Shown: positions 38,122 to 47,941 of the stretch, piece after piece | Position numbering within the stretch: position 1 is the stretch's first letter | How the letters are laid out: every line of letters begins with the position of its first letter | NCBI GenBank assembly: GCA_040902515.1 | Contig: JBBDXB010000006.1 | Coordinates: 268,280 to 332,279 of the forward strand | Length of the DNA stretch: 64,000 nt | Direction of reading: 5' to 3' | Source: Patescibacteria group bacterium | GTDB lineage: Bacteria; Patescibacteriota; SICC01 | Position numbers and translations under genes: made by a program | The notes under the pieces: generated by a model | Seen by the model: the letters and a program-made list of their open reading frames with translations, nothing else | Databases searched by the model: none | What the model was told of the DNA's origin: nothing

Positions 38122-38981
38122 TTCCGGCCCTTGCCCTTACTGCCCTTGCCGCGCGATCGCACGGTCACCTGAGCGCCTTTCTTGCCTCGCTTTCCCCTGG
38201 CCTGCGTGCCTTTCGTTTTCCGCCCTCCCTTGCCGTTCACGGGGTCGGACGGGTTCGCCTCGTTCCAGTCTTCCACGGCAACGGCCCGTTCCGCCGACAG
38301 CGGATGCCGCCGGATGATGTAGTACTGCTGGAGGATCGTGAAGATGGTGGAGCTGGCCCAGTAGAGCGGCAGGGCGGCCGGCAGGGTGATCGCGAACACC
38401 AGCGTCAGCACCGGGAACAGGAACATCAGTTGCCGGCTCATGCCCGGTATGTTGCCGTCCTTCGGCATCATCATCCGCGCCTGCCAGAACATCACGCCCG
38501 CGGTGACCACGCCGAGGATCATGTTCGAAGGCTGGAAGCCGACCGTCGAAAGGTCGAGGACGCCGAAGAACGCGGTGTCGACCGGGCCGGGGTGCGGCAC
38601 GAACGAATAGAGGTGGTCGAACGCCTTGCCGTCGATCACGTCCTTGATCGCGAAGAAGATCACGATCAGGAACGGGATCTGGACCAGCGTCGGCAGGCAC
38701 GAAGCCGCCGGGTTCACGCCCTCCTTCTGGTAGAAGGCCATCATCTCCTTGGCCAGCGTCTCGCGGTCGTCCTTGTGCTTCTCCTGGAGTTTCTTGAGCT
38801 CCGGCTGCAGCGCCTGCATCCGCCGCTGCGCCTTGAACGCCTTGGCAGAGAACGGCCCCACCGCGAACCGGACCAGCAGCGTGAGGATGATGATCGCGAT
38901 GCCGAAGTCGCCGGTCAGGCCGTACAGCCAGATCAGGGCGTTGAATATCGGGTCGAAAAAGATGGTCGAAAGCAGTTCCAT
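38118..38981 (-). CDS. yidC: Membrane protein insertase YidC/Oxa1
   Basis: GIAIIILTLLVRFAVGPF...QPELKKLQEKHKDD...MMAFYQKEGVNP. Confidence 0.88.
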   Translation of the reverse strand: MELLSTIFFDPIFNALIWLYGLTGDFGIAIIILTLLVRFAVGPFSAKAFKAQRRMQALQPELKKLQEKHKDDRETLAKEMMAFYQKEGVNPAASCLPTLVQIPFLIVIFFAIKDVIDGKAFDHLYSFVPHPGPVDTAFFGVLDLSTVGFQPSNMILGVVTAGVMFWQARMMMPKDGNIPGMSRQLMFLFPVLTLVFAITLPAALPLYWASSTIFTILQQYYIIRRHPLSAERAVAVEDWNEANPSDPVNGKGGRKTKGTQARGKRGKKGAQVTVRSRGKGSKGKGRK

Positions 38982-38990
38982 GGTTCCTCG

Positions 38991-39230
38991 TTATCTCCTT
39001 ACGGGGTCAAATCCGCCGGCGGCGCCGGGGTGGCAGCGGCCGATCCGCTTCATGCCGAGCCAGAGGCCCCGGCGTACCCCGAGCCGCTCCACGGCTTCCT
39101 TGGCGTATTCCGAGCAGGTCGGATGGAACCGGCAGGTGCCGTACGGGCGCCGGCCCTTGAGCCAGCCGTGATCCGGCGAGAGGGTCCGCTGGTACAGGAC
39201 GATCAGGCCGATGACGGCGCGCTTGGTCAT
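38991..39230 (-). CDS. yidD: Membrane protein insertion efficiency factor YidD
   Basis: [11 protein letters not shown] signature. Confidence 0.85.
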   Translation of the reverse strand: MTKRAVIGLIVLYQRTLSPDHGWLKGRRPYGTCRFHPTCSEYAKEAVERLGVRRGLWLGMKRIGRCHPGAAGGFDPVRR

Positions 39231-39592
39231 GTGCGCGCCTCCGACCGTTCCAGCCGCGCGAGCAAGGCGTCGAATTCGTCGGCCAGCGCCGTATGTCCGG
39301 CCGTAGCCGCCGGACGCCTCGCCGAAACGACGACCTCGGCGGTGCCGAGCCGGGGCCGGGCCGTACGCACGATGTCCCGGAGGCGGCGTTTCGTCCGGTT
39401 CCGGACGACGGCCCGTTCGCTGACGGACTTGCCGACCACGAACCCAGCCTTGAATCCGTCCGCCGGACGGAGCCGGACGCTGATCAGCCGGCCGTGCGCG
39501 GCCCGGCCTTCGCTGAATACCCGGTCGAATTCGTCGGGCTTCCTGAGCCGGAACATCCGCGGAATCATCATGATGAGCGGGGCCGCCGTCAC
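39227..39592 (-). CDS. rnpA: Ribonuclease P protein component
   Basis: Basic ~120-aa protein with ...[22 protein letters not shown]... Its start overlaps the rpmH stop. Confidence 0.8.
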   Translation of the reverse strand: MTAAPLIMMIPRMFRLRKPDEFDRVFSEGRAAHGRLISVRLRPADGFKAGFVVGKSVSERAVVRNRTKRRLRDIVRTARPRLGTAEVVVSARRPAATAGHTALADEFDALLARLERSEART

Positions 39593-39732
39593 GCCGTCAC
39601 CGTCAGGCGCTTGCGTCCCTTGGCCCGTCGGCGCGCCAGGATCTGCTGGCCGTCCCGGGTCTGCATGCGTTTGCGGAACCCGTGTTTGCGGGCCCGGCGG
39701 CGCTTCGAGGGCTGGTATGTTCGCTTAACCAC
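39589..39732 (-). CDS. rpmH: 50S ribosomal protein L34
   Basis: [44 protein letters not shown]. The only in-frame start at the canonical position is GTG (complement of 39730-39732). Confidence 0.8.
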   Translation of the reverse strand: MVKRTYQPSKRRRARKHGFRKRMQTRDGQQILARRRAKGRKRLTVTA

Positions 39733-39865
39733 CCGTCCAGTGTACCGCATTTCGTCGCGCGAGTGACCGTCCCGCCGACCCGTTTCCGACGGGATCTGGG
39801 GATGTTTCTGCCGGAGTTGGGGATGATCGGGTGGGATTGTGTATGCTGTGGATAGCTCTGCTATC
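39733..39865. other. oriC-associated DnaA-box cluster (rpmH-dnaA intergenic region)
   Basis: TGTGGATAG at 39847-39855 (8/9 to TGTGGATAA), plus degenerate boxes TGGGGATGA, TGGGGATGT and TGTGTATGC. Confidence 0.5.
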
Positions 39866-41269
39866 ATGTCGGAGCACAACTTGGAAAACGTATTGATGGA
39901 CCCCAAAAAAATTTGGCAGGCCGTTCTTGGTGAGCTTCAGGTGACGATCTCGCGCCCGAATTTCTCCACATGGCTGAAGCACACGGAGCTCCTGGAGGTC
40001 CAGGGCGACACCGCCCGGATCCTCGTACCGAGCGCGTTCGCCAAGGAATGGCTGAAGCGGAAGTTCAGCGACGATATCCTTTCCGCGGTCACCAAGCACG
40101 CTCCCGAAGTCTCGAAGCTCGAGTACAAGATCGGCCGGCCGGAGGCCGGAGCGCCCGTCGCGAATCCCGACGCGGAAACGTCCGGGTCCGATTCGGACGA
40201 AGCCTCCGAACCCGCCCCGACGGCGCGTCCGTCCCGGAGCGGCAGCAAGCCGGCGGCGCCCCAGGTCCGCTGCACGTTCGAGAACTTCATCGTCTCCGGC
40301 TCCAACCAGCTTGCCCACGCCGCCGCCAAGGCCGTGGCGAAGAATCCCGGCACCACGTACAACCCGCTCTTCATCTACGGGCCGGTGGGGCTCGGCAAGA
40401 CCCACCTGATCCGCGCGATCGGCAGCGAGATCCGCCGCACCAGCGACAAGGAGGTCCTCTACGTCACCGCGGAGAAGTTCACCAACGAGGTGATCTCCTC
40501 GATCCAGGCCAACAAGACCGCCCGGCTCAAGAACAAGTACCGCAAGGTGGACGTGCTGATGATCGACGATATCCAGTTCATGGCCGGCAAGGTCCAGACC
40601 CAGGAGGAGTTCTTCCACACGTTCAACGCGCTCAAGGACGCCGACAAGCAGATCGTCCTCACCTCCGACCGGCCGCCGAAGGCGATCGCGACGCTCGAGG
40701 AGCGGCTGATGAGCCGCCTGACCATGGGCATGATCGCCGACCTCGGGCCGCCCGAGCTCGAGACCCGGATCGCGATCCTCAAGACGAAGGCCCAGGAACG
40801 GCGTTACGACGTGTCCGACGACGTGCTGGAGTTCATCGCCAAGGCGTTCCAGCGGAACATCCGCGAGCTGGAGGGGGCGCTGATCCGCGTGGCCGCCAAT
40901 GCCGAGCTGATCGGTGAGCCGCTGTCGATCGAACTGACCGAACGGGTGCTCGGTTCCATGCTCGCCTCGCGCCAACACCGGAAGATCTCGAGCGACCAGA
41001 TCCTCGAATCGGTCGCGAAGTTCTACGACATCAGCGTCGATGACCTTAAGGGCCCCAAGCGGGTGAAGGAGATCGTCCGGCCGCGGCAGATGGTGATGTA
41101 CCTGCTCCGCCAGGAGTCGAACCTGTCCTACCCGAAGATCGGCCGCGAGCTCGGCAACCGCGACCATACGACGGTGATTCACGCCGTCGATAAGATCGGG
41201 CATGAGACGGAAATCAACGAGCCGCTCCGCCATGAGCTCAACCTGATCAAGGAGCGCTTGTACGGCTAA
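39866..41269 (+). CDS. dnaA: Chromosomal replication initiator protein DnaA
   Basis: AAA+ Walker [11 protein letters not shown], DnaA signature, and C-terminal DNA-binding helix. Start set at MSEHNL (39866) because the track start at 39839 would sit on a DnaA box. The Met at 39896 (MDPKKIWQ) is an equally plausible start. Confidence 0.9.
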   Translation: MSEHNLENVLMDPKKIWQAVLGELQVTISRPNFSTWLKHTELLEVQGDTARILVPSAFAKEWLKRKFSDDILSAVTKHAPEVSKLEYKIGRPEAGAPVANPDAETSGSDSDEASEPAPTARPSRSGSKPAAPQVRCTFENFIVSGSNQLAHAAAKAVAKNPGTTYNPLFIYGPVGLGKTHLIRAIGSEIRRTSDKEVLYVTAEKFTNEVISSIQANKTARLKNKYRKVDVLMIDDIQFMAGKVQTQEEFFHTFNALKDADKQIVLTSDRPPKAIATLEERLMSRLTMGMIADLGPPELETRIAILKTKAQERRYDVSDDVLEFIAKAFQRNIRELEGALIRVAANAELIGEPLSIELTERVLGSMLASRQHRKISSDQILESVAKFYDISVDDLKGPKRVKEIVRPRQMVMYLLRQESNLSYPKIGRELGNRDHTTVIHAVDKIGHETEINEPLRHELNLIKERLYG

Positions 41270-41570
41270 CTCTCCGCCGTTTGTGCCTACATCTGTGGAC
41301 GAAGTTGTGGAAAACTATGGGTATGTCCTGGGTATGGTCCGGGTGCGGCGGGTTCGTCGCTGTGTATCAATTAGGTGTTTTAGGCGGCCATTACGCGGAA
41401 CGTCCGTGTTCTCTACAGGTGGTCCCCTGGGGCTGGGGACGTAGATTGGTTATGATAAAGACACTTTCTAGACGTTTCCCCGTTTCCCCAGGCCCTACTC
41501 CAACTACCAGTTATCTTTAATTGAAATCTACCCGCATTGTGTATGAACTAATCCCCATGGAATACTCCCG
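41270..41570. other. Probable oriC core (dnaA-dnaN intergenic region): DnaA boxes plus an AT-rich unwinding element
   Basis: TGTGGACGA, TGTGGAAAA, TGTGTATCA, TGTGTATGA and TTATCTTTA boxes, plus an AT-rich stretch (cagttatctttaattgaaatctacc) immediately upstream of dnaN. Confidence 0.55.
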
Positions 41571-42662
41571 ATGAAACTCGTCACTACCCAGGATCAATTA
41601 GCCAAAGCCCTCTCATCCGTCAGCCGGATGATCAATCCGCGGGGAACCCTCTCGGTGCTTGCCAATGTGTTGCTTGAGACTAAGGATGGACGGCTTCGGG
41701 TCTCCGCGACGAACCTCGAACTCGGCATCGATTACTCGATCGGCGCGAAGATCGAGAAAGAGGGGTCACTAACGGTGCCGGCGCGTCTCCTGACCGATTA
41801 CGTGAACAATCTTGGTGAGGAAAAGCTTGAGCTGTCCTCCAAGGAACAGACGTTGGTGATCAAGAGCACCGGCGCCCAGTCGACGATCAACGGTATTCCC
41901 GCGTCAGAATTCCCGGTGATTCCGGAAGTCAGCGAAGGCAAATCGGTGACCGTTTCCGCGGCGGGAATCAAGGACATCATCCAGAAGGTCGCGATCGCGG
42001 CGTCGAACGACGAGACACGGCCGATCCTTTCCGGCGCCCTGTTCCACTTCAAGGATCCGGAGCTCAAGGTGGCGGCTACGGACAGCTACCGGCTCGCGGA
42101 ACTCTCGATGCGATTCGAGAAGTCCGCGCTGGAAGAGCTCAAGGTGGTCGTGCCGGCCAAGGCGCTGGCCGAGCTGGGGCGCATCGTCGAGGCCGAAGAG
42201 GTGACGATCCGCACCGCCGAGAACCAGGTGCAGTTCGAGACCGAGCACGTGCGGCTGGTGAGCCGGCTGCTCGAAGGCGAGTTCCCGAAGTACGACCAGA
42301 TCATTCCCGAAAAGCTCACCACCAAGGCGACGGTAAAGCGCGGCGACCTGATGAACAAGATCCGGATCGCGGCGCTGTTCTCGGAAGATGCCGGATTCGG
42401 CGTGAAGCTGACTTTCGCGGCTCCGGGCAAGCTCGAGATAGCCTCGGAAACCGCCCAAGTGGGAGACTCGCACAGCTCGCTGTCCGGCAAGGTGTCCGGC
42501 CCGGAGAACACCGTCGCGTTCAACGCGCGGTATCTCCTGGACGGCCTGACCGCGGTCGGCGGCGAAGAGGTGACGATCGAGAGCGACGGGAAGCTGAACC
42601 CGTGCGTGATCCGCGGCAAGGCCAAGGATTACCTGTACGTCGTGATGCCGCTGCGGGTGTGA
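41571..42662 (+). CDS. dnaN: DNA polymerase III beta sliding clamp
   Basis: 363 aa with a three-domain beta-clamp pattern (...LLETKDGRLRVSATNLEL...). Follows dnaA. Confidence 0.9.
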   Translation: MKLVTTQDQLAKALSSVSRMINPRGTLSVLANVLLETKDGRLRVSATNLELGIDYSIGAKIEKEGSLTVPARLLTDYVNNLGEEKLELSSKEQTLVIKSTGAQSTINGIPASEFPVIPEVSEGKSVTVSAAGIKDIIQKVAIAASNDETRPILSGALFHFKDPELKVAATDSYRLAELSMRFEKSALEELKVVVPAKALAELGRIVEAEEVTIRTAENQVQFETEHVRLVSRLLEGEFPKYDQIIPEKLTTKATVKRGDLMNKIRIAALFSEDAGFGVKLTFAAPGKLEIASETAQVGDSHSSLSGKVSGPENTVAFNARYLLDGLTAVGGEEVTIESDGKLNPCVIRGKAKDYLYVVMPLRV

Positions 42663-42803
42663 GACGACCCTGTTTGCACCGAAAGCGCCCTCAAAGCATC
42701 GCCATTTGTACGCAACATAACTGAGCCCAGTGACGTTGCGCTTTCTTGGTGCAAACAGGGTTATTCATCCCGGGTTGTTGGCAGTGTGGCGTAGAATGGC
42801 ACC

Positions 42804-43907
42804 GTGACCTTATTGCTGAAGCGGCTGGCCCTGCATGACTTCCGAAGCTATCGGGAGGCGGTATTCGAGTGGGCGCCGCGGACGGTGATCGTCGGGCCGA
42901 ACGCGACCGGTAAGACGAACCTGCTCGAGGCGGCGTTCCTCTTCGCGGCCGGCAAGAGCTTCCGGGCCGGCCGGGAATCGGAGATGGTGCGCTGGGGAGA
43001 GACGGCCGCACGGGTGGAAGCGGCGTTCGAAGGCGAACGGTCTAACCATCGCGCCGCCGTCACGCTGGAATCCGGCGGCCGAATCATCAGGAAGTCGCTC
43101 GAGCTGGACGGCAAGGCGAAGCCGACCAAGGAACTCAGGCGCCGGTTCCCGATGGTGCTGTTCTCGGCGGACGACGTCCGGCTCGTGGACGGATCGCCCG
43201 GCCGCCGCCGCAAGACGCTGGACCTGGCGATCGGGCAGGGGTCGGCGTCCTACCAACAAGCACTGTCCGGATACAACCGCGCCCTGGCATCCCGGAACCG
43301 GCTCCTGGAACAGATCGCGACCCGCGAGGCGACGGAAGCGGAGCTTGACGCGTGGGACGTCCAGCTGGCCGAAACGGGCGCGGCGGTGATCGAAGGGCGC
43401 CAGCGGTTCTTCGCCGAATCGGCGGAGGCGTTGGCCGCGGCGTACGCCGCCCTGACCACGGCATCGGACCATGTGCACGGTAGGCTGGAGGTCGCGCACG
43501 AGCCGGGCGCGCCGGACTTCGCGACGGCGCTCACAGCGCGCCGCACCCAGGACATCGCGGTGGGTACGACGACGGCCGGTCCGCACCGCGACGACTGGAA
43601 GCTTCTGTTGGACGGCCGGGTGCTGGCCTCATTCGGTTCCGGCGGCGAGTTCCGGAGCGCGGCCCTGGCCTGGCGGCTGGCCGAGACGGATTGGCTCGGC
43701 CGGCAGACCGGCGTGCCGCCGATCCTGCTCCTGGACGACGTCTTCTCGGAACTGGACGCCGCGCGGTCGGAGTCGCTCCGGGCGGCGCTGCCGGACGGGC
43801 AGACGGTGATCACCACGCCGGAAGCGGCTGCCGTGCCCGCGGCGCTTCGCACCGAAGCGAAGCTGATCGAGATCCGCCCGAAGGAATCCGAGGAGGCCGG
43901 TGTTTAA
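42804..43907 (+). CDS. recF: DNA replication and repair protein RecF
   Basis: Walker A GPNATGKTN and signature/Walker B LLLDDVFSELD. Confidence 0.9.
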   Translation: MTLLLKRLALHDFRSYREAVFEWAPRTVIVGPNATGKTNLLEAAFLFAAGKSFRAGRESEMVRWGETAARVEAAFEGERSNHRAAVTLESGGRIIRKSLELDGKAKPTKELRRRFPMVLFSADDVRLVDGSPGRRRKTLDLAIGQGSASYQQALSGYNRALASRNRLLEQIATREATEAELDAWDVQLAETGAAVIEGRQRFFAESAEALAAAYAALTTASDHVHGRLEVAHEPGAPDFATALTARRTQDIAVGTTTAGPHRDDWKLLLDGRVLASFGSGGEFRSAALAWRLAETDWLGRQTGVPPILLLDDVFSELDAARSESLRAALPDGQTVITTPEAAAVPAALRTEAKLIEIRPKESEEAGV

Positions 43908-44223
43908 GAACGTCGGCGACCTGCTTCCCGAGCGACTGAACCGGCTGCGCATCCGGCGGCCGGTCGAGGCCAGCGCCGTCTGCCGGGCCTGCGACGCGGC
44001 GCTGGGGGACGTGTTCGACCAAAGCGTCCCGATGCGGGCGGTGTCGTTCCGGAGCGGCATGGTGACGGTCGCGGTGGTGAGCCCCGCCTGGTCCCACGAG
44101 CTGACGGCCTCGGCTGACGAGGTCATCCGGAGCGCCAACCGGAAGATCGGCAAGGACGCAGTCCGGGATCTGAAAGCCCGCGTCGCCCCCGGACTGGCCC
44201 GCGGCGAAGACCAGACTTTCTGA
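43900..44223 (+). CDS. DUF721 (DciA-like) domain protein
   Basis: 107-aa ORF overlapping the recF stop. This family commonly follows recF. Confidence 0.55.
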   Translation: MFKNVGDLLPERLNRLRIRRPVEASAVCRACDAALGDVFDQSVPMRAVSFRSGMVTVAVVSPAWSHELTASADEVIRSANRKIGKDAVRDLKARVAPGLARGEDQTF

Positions 44224-44242
44224 GAAAGTCGGTCCTAGGGCC

Positions 44243-44572
44243 CTAGAGGCGCTTGAACTGGTCCACGTCGAGCACGAAGACGGTCGCACCGCCCACGGTC
44301 ACCTCGACGGGGTCGGCCATGTAGAAGTCGCCCGGCCCGCCCATCGTGGGCGTCGGGGTCAGCGTCTCCTTGTGGCTCTTGGCGCAGGCGCCGATGATCT
44401 TCAGCACGCCGTTCACCTGCTTCGGCTCGGTACCGACCAGGATGATCGCGTTCTTCTCCTTAAGGAACCCGCCGACCGAATCGATCCGCGTGGCCCGGAA
44501 GTCCTTCTTGGTGAGCGAGGAAACCGTCTTCTCCGCGTCATCCTTGCTGACGATGGCGAGCACGAGCTTCAT
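44243..44572 (-). CDS. PII-like signal-transduction protein (DarA/PstA-like, DUF970)
   Basis: MKLVLAIVSKDDAEKTVSSLTKKDFRATRIDSVGGFLKEKNAIILVG, with a ferredoxin-like PII fold pattern. Confidence 0.5.
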   Translation of the reverse strand: MKLVLAIVSKDDAEKTVSSLTKKDFRATRIDSVGGFLKEKNAIILVGTEPKQVNGVLKIIGACAKSHKETLTPTPTMGGPGDFYMADPVEVTVGGATVFVLDVDQFKRL

Positions 44573-44610
44573 GGCCTTAGCGTAGCAAGGAACCTGCGAG
44601 GCGTCGAAGT

Positions 44611-45075
44611 CTAGAGACCCCCGGAGTTTACCATCCGTGTTTCGTAGTCGATGACATACGTCCCGTCGGGCTGCCCGATTTTCCGGAGGTACTCGATGAC
44701 GTACGGTCGTTGCTCGGAGACCTTTTTCGAGGGATCTTCCCCGTCGGCGTAATAGACCGTGGCCAACAGCTTGTACTTGTTGCCCGCGCTACCGTTGAAC
44801 GTCAGTTCCCAATGATCGTTCCCGTATGGAAGCGCCGACAACACCGGATTCCGATCACCCTCTTCCTGATGCTCTTCGAATGCTCCCGCATGCGGATCCT
44901 CATCCAAAGGAAGGGACGGGGAGAGGTCTGGCGTGGGGCTGGCCGGCGTAGTCCCGGGCTCGTCATCGGGCTCACTGCCGAAGAACACTACGGTTATCAG
45001 CGCCACCAGGACCAGCAGGGCAGCCGCGGCGATCAACAGCAGGCGCTTCCGGCTCATGGCGCCTCCCCGTGCCAC
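44611..45075 (-). CDS. Membrane-anchored hypothetical protein (possible VirB8/NTF2-like T4SS component)
   Basis: N-terminal TM, Pro/Thr linker, and ~100-aa beta-rich domain. It is the last gene of the T4SS-like operon. Confidence 0.35.
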   Translation of the reverse strand: MARGGAMSRKRLLLIAAAALLVLVALITVVFFGSEPDDEPGTTPASPTPDLSPSLPLDEDPHAGAFEEHQEEGDRNPVLSALPYGNDHWELTFNGSAGNKYKLLATVYYADGEDPSKKVSEQRPYVIEYLRKIGQPDGTYVIDYETRMVNSGGL

Positions 45076-46118
45076 TCGAAGTGCATCCAGTCCTTGGTGG
45101 TGCGGAAGTTGCCGCCCCAGAAGAAACCGTATTTCTCGAAGATCCGCACCCAGGAGTCGGGAATGTCATGCGTATCGCATTTACAGTACGGGTTCGTGTC
45201 CGGATTGATGTCGACCGCCGCGCCGTACATGTGGAAATAATACAGCGGGTCTCCCGGCCGGGGATGGTAGCCGCCGATCGACCGGACCTTGTAGTTATCC
45301 AGTCCCTTTTGCTTTATTTCCCGCTCGACGGCCTCCAGGCACGGCACGACCTTGCGGTGTGCCTGGATGTCGTGGCCGAAGAACGAGACCGGCTGCTTGG
45401 CCGCCGCACTGTTCGCCTTTCCGAAGACCTTTTCCCGATCTCCCACGTTGGATCCGGGAAGTCCGAAGGCGATCCCGTTCGCCGTACACTCGCCGGCCGG
45501 GCCGGAATCTTCCGGACAATCCTCCCCGGCATCGGCCGGCGCGCCCGTGTTGACGGCGCTGCGGACGATTTGTGCCAACCGCTCGTATCCGGCGGCATTG
45601 GGGTGGATGTTGTCCGCCATATCAATCCCCTTACCCTTGGTCTGGATGACCGTGACGTCTCCGAGGCCCCTGATCGCCTGGTTCTCGTTCGCGTAGTCAC
45701 CCCGGGAGAAGATCTCGACCCAGTATATCGCCGCCGAGTCGTTCTTGTTCCTGATCTTATTCACCATCGTCTGGGCGTCCGCGGCAAAGCCGTTCGACTT
45801 ATTAGTTCCGAGCTCGACGACTACGGCGTCGGCATTCTCTACTTTCGGCGTGTCGCTTTCGAGCGCGCTGATTCCGGCCGGGAGCGCGCGGCCCGTTTCG
45901 GCATTGACCGTATAGCGGTCGCCCAGCTTGTCCCGGATGCCCGTGCCGATGGAGTCGCCGACGAAGTAAACGGGCCCGTCCCCGGGTGCGGCTGCTTCGG
46001 CGACGCAGTCATCATCACCACCGCCGCCGAGCAGCGCCGCTGCCAATGCGATCGGCGCGATGATGACCATCAGCAGCAGGCCGATGATGAGAAGTCCGAT
46101 GCCGAGGTATTTTCCCAT
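45054..46118 (-). CDS. Bifunctional cell-wall hydrolase: SGNH/GDSL hydrolase domain plus peptidase M15 (VanY-like D,D-carboxypeptidase) domain
   Basis: N-terminal TM, then VYFVGDSIGTG / ELGTNKSNG / DNIHPNAAG (SGNH blocks I, III, V). C-terminal YHPRPGDPLYYFHMYGAAVDI...DWMHFEWHG (M15 zinc motifs). Confidence 0.55.
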   Translation of the reverse strand: MGKYLGIGLLIIGLLLMVIIAPIALAAALLGGGGDDDCVAEAAAPGDGPVYFVGDSIGTGIRDKLGDRYTVNAETGRALPAGISALESDTPKVENADAVVVELGTNKSNGFAADAQTMVNKIRNKNDSAAIYWVEIFSRGDYANENQAIRGLGDVTVIQTKGKGIDMADNIHPNAAGYERLAQIVRSAVNTGAPADAGEDCPEDSGPAGECTANGIAFGLPGSNVGDREKVFGKANSAAAKQPVSFFGHDIQAHRKVVPCLEAVEREIKQKGLDNYKVRSIGGYHPRPGDPLYYFHMYGAAVDINPDTNPYCKCDTHDIPDSWVRIFEKYGFFWGGNFRTTKDWMHFEWHGEAP

Positions 46119-46120
46119 GA

Positions 46121-46789
46121 TCAGTCCGTTGCTACGTGTACGTGCTCGTTTCCGTCGGGATTGCTGCCGGTGACTCTGCCGTTATCAAGCACGCAGCCGG
46201 GGTTCGCGATACCGAAGAGCTCGTTGATCTTGTACGGATTGCCCTCCTTGAGCGCCGAATCACAGAGGAACTGGTTGAGTCTGTGGGGATTATCAGTGCC
46301 GACGCTTCCGATATCCAAGGCTTGGCCGGGAGGACAGTGGAACGACCCCGCCTTATGGGATGCGCACGCCGCCGACGAGATGGCCAGGTTTCCCATTCTT
46401 GGCTGCTTTGCTGCTGCCAGAACAGCCCGAAGCACGTTGTCCTTGACGTCACCGCTTCGGATTTCCGTCTTGATGACTTCCTTTTGGTACGTGATGTTCC
46501 GCTGGGCCAGGAAAGCATCGCGCAGCTCCTTGCCGGACAGGCCGATCTCTCCGGCTTCCACGCTCACTTCATCATCTCCATCACCGCCGGATCCGGCGAT
46601 GCCGGCGACGGCGATACCGACGAGGAACACCAGCAGGAAGACTACGGCAAGTACGGCCACGACGACCCAGGTCCAGGGGTTCGCGAGCAGTGCCGCGGCC
46701 CGCGCCGTTTTCGCGGCCTTTGCCGCCTGACCGGCCGCTCCTGCGCCGGTCCGATCCTGCTGATCAGCCATCGTAGCCCTCCCGGTCAT
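46121..46789 (-). CDS. Membrane-anchored peptidase M15-like (VanY-like) protein
   Basis: N-terminal TM, with ASHKAGSFHCPPGQALDIGS (SxHxxGxAxD-like) and NEHVHVA (HxH). Confidence 0.4.
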   Translation of the reverse strand: MTGRATMADQQDRTGAGAAGQAAKAAKTARAAALLANPWTWVVVAVLAVVFLLVFLVGIAVAGIAGSGGDGDDEVSVEAGEIGLSGKELRDAFLAQRNITYQKEVIKTEIRSGDVKDNVLRAVLAAAKQPRMGNLAISSAACASHKAGSFHCPPGQALDIGSVGTDNPHRLNQFLCDSALKEGNPYKINELFGIANPGCVLDNGRVTGSNPDGNEHVHVATD

Positions 46790-47297
46790 AATCGCTGATG
46801 TGGACGTCCGTCGCGCTCCAGCGCGAACCGAACCGCTGCCAGGTGATCTCGATCGTTTGTTCGAACGTTTCCTCGGTCCGGAGCAACGTCGAACGCAGCC
46901 GCACCTCCGCCTGTGCCTCTCCGGCCGCGGAGTCGCCCGTCACGTCAGTCCGCAGCGCCTCGCTCCTGACCGGCTGGAAAAACGGGGCCCGGTCCGCATA
47001 GCGCAGAGTGCTTCGGTAGTCCTCGTAGAATTCCTTCGTCAGGTACGGGCGGATGCTCTCGGCATACGCCGCGTCGGCCCGTGAGAAGGACTGGTACTTT
47101 ACGGCCAACTCGGTTGACAGGCGCGCGAGCAGCTCCCGGTCGGCGGCGAGCGGGTCGGCGGTAGGTGTGGGCGAAGGCGGGGCCGTTGGCTCCGAAGTCG
47201 CTCCGGGAGCGGCGCGCCCGGCGGTCAGTACCAACAGCACTCCGGTTACCAGAATGGCAAAGATGACGAGCATCAGGATCAGCCGTTTTCTGTTCAT
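46764..47297 (-). CDS. Membrane-anchored hypothetical protein (possible VirB8/NTF2-like)
   Basis: N-terminal TM, Pro/Thr-rich linker, and ~120-aa globular domain. Overlaps its neighbours. Confidence 0.35.
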   Translation of the reverse strand: MNRKRLILMLVIFAILVTGVLLVLTAGRAAPGATSEPTAPPSPTPTADPLAADRELLARLSTELAVKYQSFSRADAAYAESIRPYLTKEFYEDYRSTLRYADRAPFFQPVRSEALRTDVTGDSAAGEAQAEVRLRSTLLRTEETFEQTIEITWQRFGSRWSATDVHISDYDREGYDG

Positions 47298-47941
47298 GTG
47301 CCTCCCTCGACATCCTTCGCGAATCGCTGTGCCTGCAAGGTCACCGCGTATACGTACCAGTCTGCATTGTTGTAGGAATAGATGCCATTCCGCCAGTTAC
47401 CGGGAGCGCCCCCGCCCAGGAGGTGATGGGCGGCTGCACAGGCGCCGTTCTCAACCGAATAGGCGGGCCAGGTGCGGGAGCCGGCTTCCCGGCACGGGGG
47501 ATTGTGGTTGATGGCGAAGCCCTGCCAGCTTGGTTCAAGGAACTGCCAGGGGCCGCCCGCACCGGCAAAGTTTACGACCGAATAGCCGGTGTCGGCGAAA
47601 CCGGTCTCGATGCTATGGATCCCCGCCAGGATCGACGGTCCGCAGCCTCCGAGCTTCTTCTTTTCGGAAATCTCGTTATAGATCGGAATGAACTTGGCGG
47701 GAGGTTTGTCGGTCTTGCCGGCGACGTACGCCTTCCCGGCTTCGGCACCGGCGGATGCGTCGCTGAAGATCTTATCGTAATCACATCCGCCCGAAAGGGA
47801 ACCACCGGCGTCTTCACCCCCACCCCCACCGGTCCCGGCCAGGGCCGCGGCCACCAGCAGGATCGGAATCATCGCGAGGCTTGCCAGGAACACCCCGCCT
47901 CCGAGGATCAGCCACGGCGCACCGCTCGACTTCTTGGCCAC
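47294..47941 (-). CDS. Lytic transglycosylase-like (SLT/VirB1-like) membrane-anchored protein
   Basis: N-terminal TM, Gly-rich linker, ...ILAGIHSIETGF... (catalytic E-S/T) and AGAGGPWQF (GLMQ-like). Lies immediately downstream of VirB4. Confidence 0.5.
   Translation of the reverse strand: MAKKSSGAPWLILGGGVFLASLAMIPILLVAAALAGTGGGGGEDAGGSLSGGCDYDKIFSDASAGAEAGKAYVAGKTDKPPAKFIPIYNEISEKKKLGGCGPSILAGIHSIETGFADTGYSVVNFAGAGGPWQFLEPSWQGFAINHNPPCREAGSRTWPAYSVENGACAAAHHLLGGGAPGNWRNGIYSYNNADWYVYAVTLQAQRFAKDVEGGT

Noticed and set aside
44221-44245. Short perfect palindrome CTAGGGCCCTAG between DUF721 and the PII-like gene as a terminator.
   Set aside because: It is only a 6-bp stem with no loop and no T-tract; more likely a restriction-site-like palindrome than a functional terminator.
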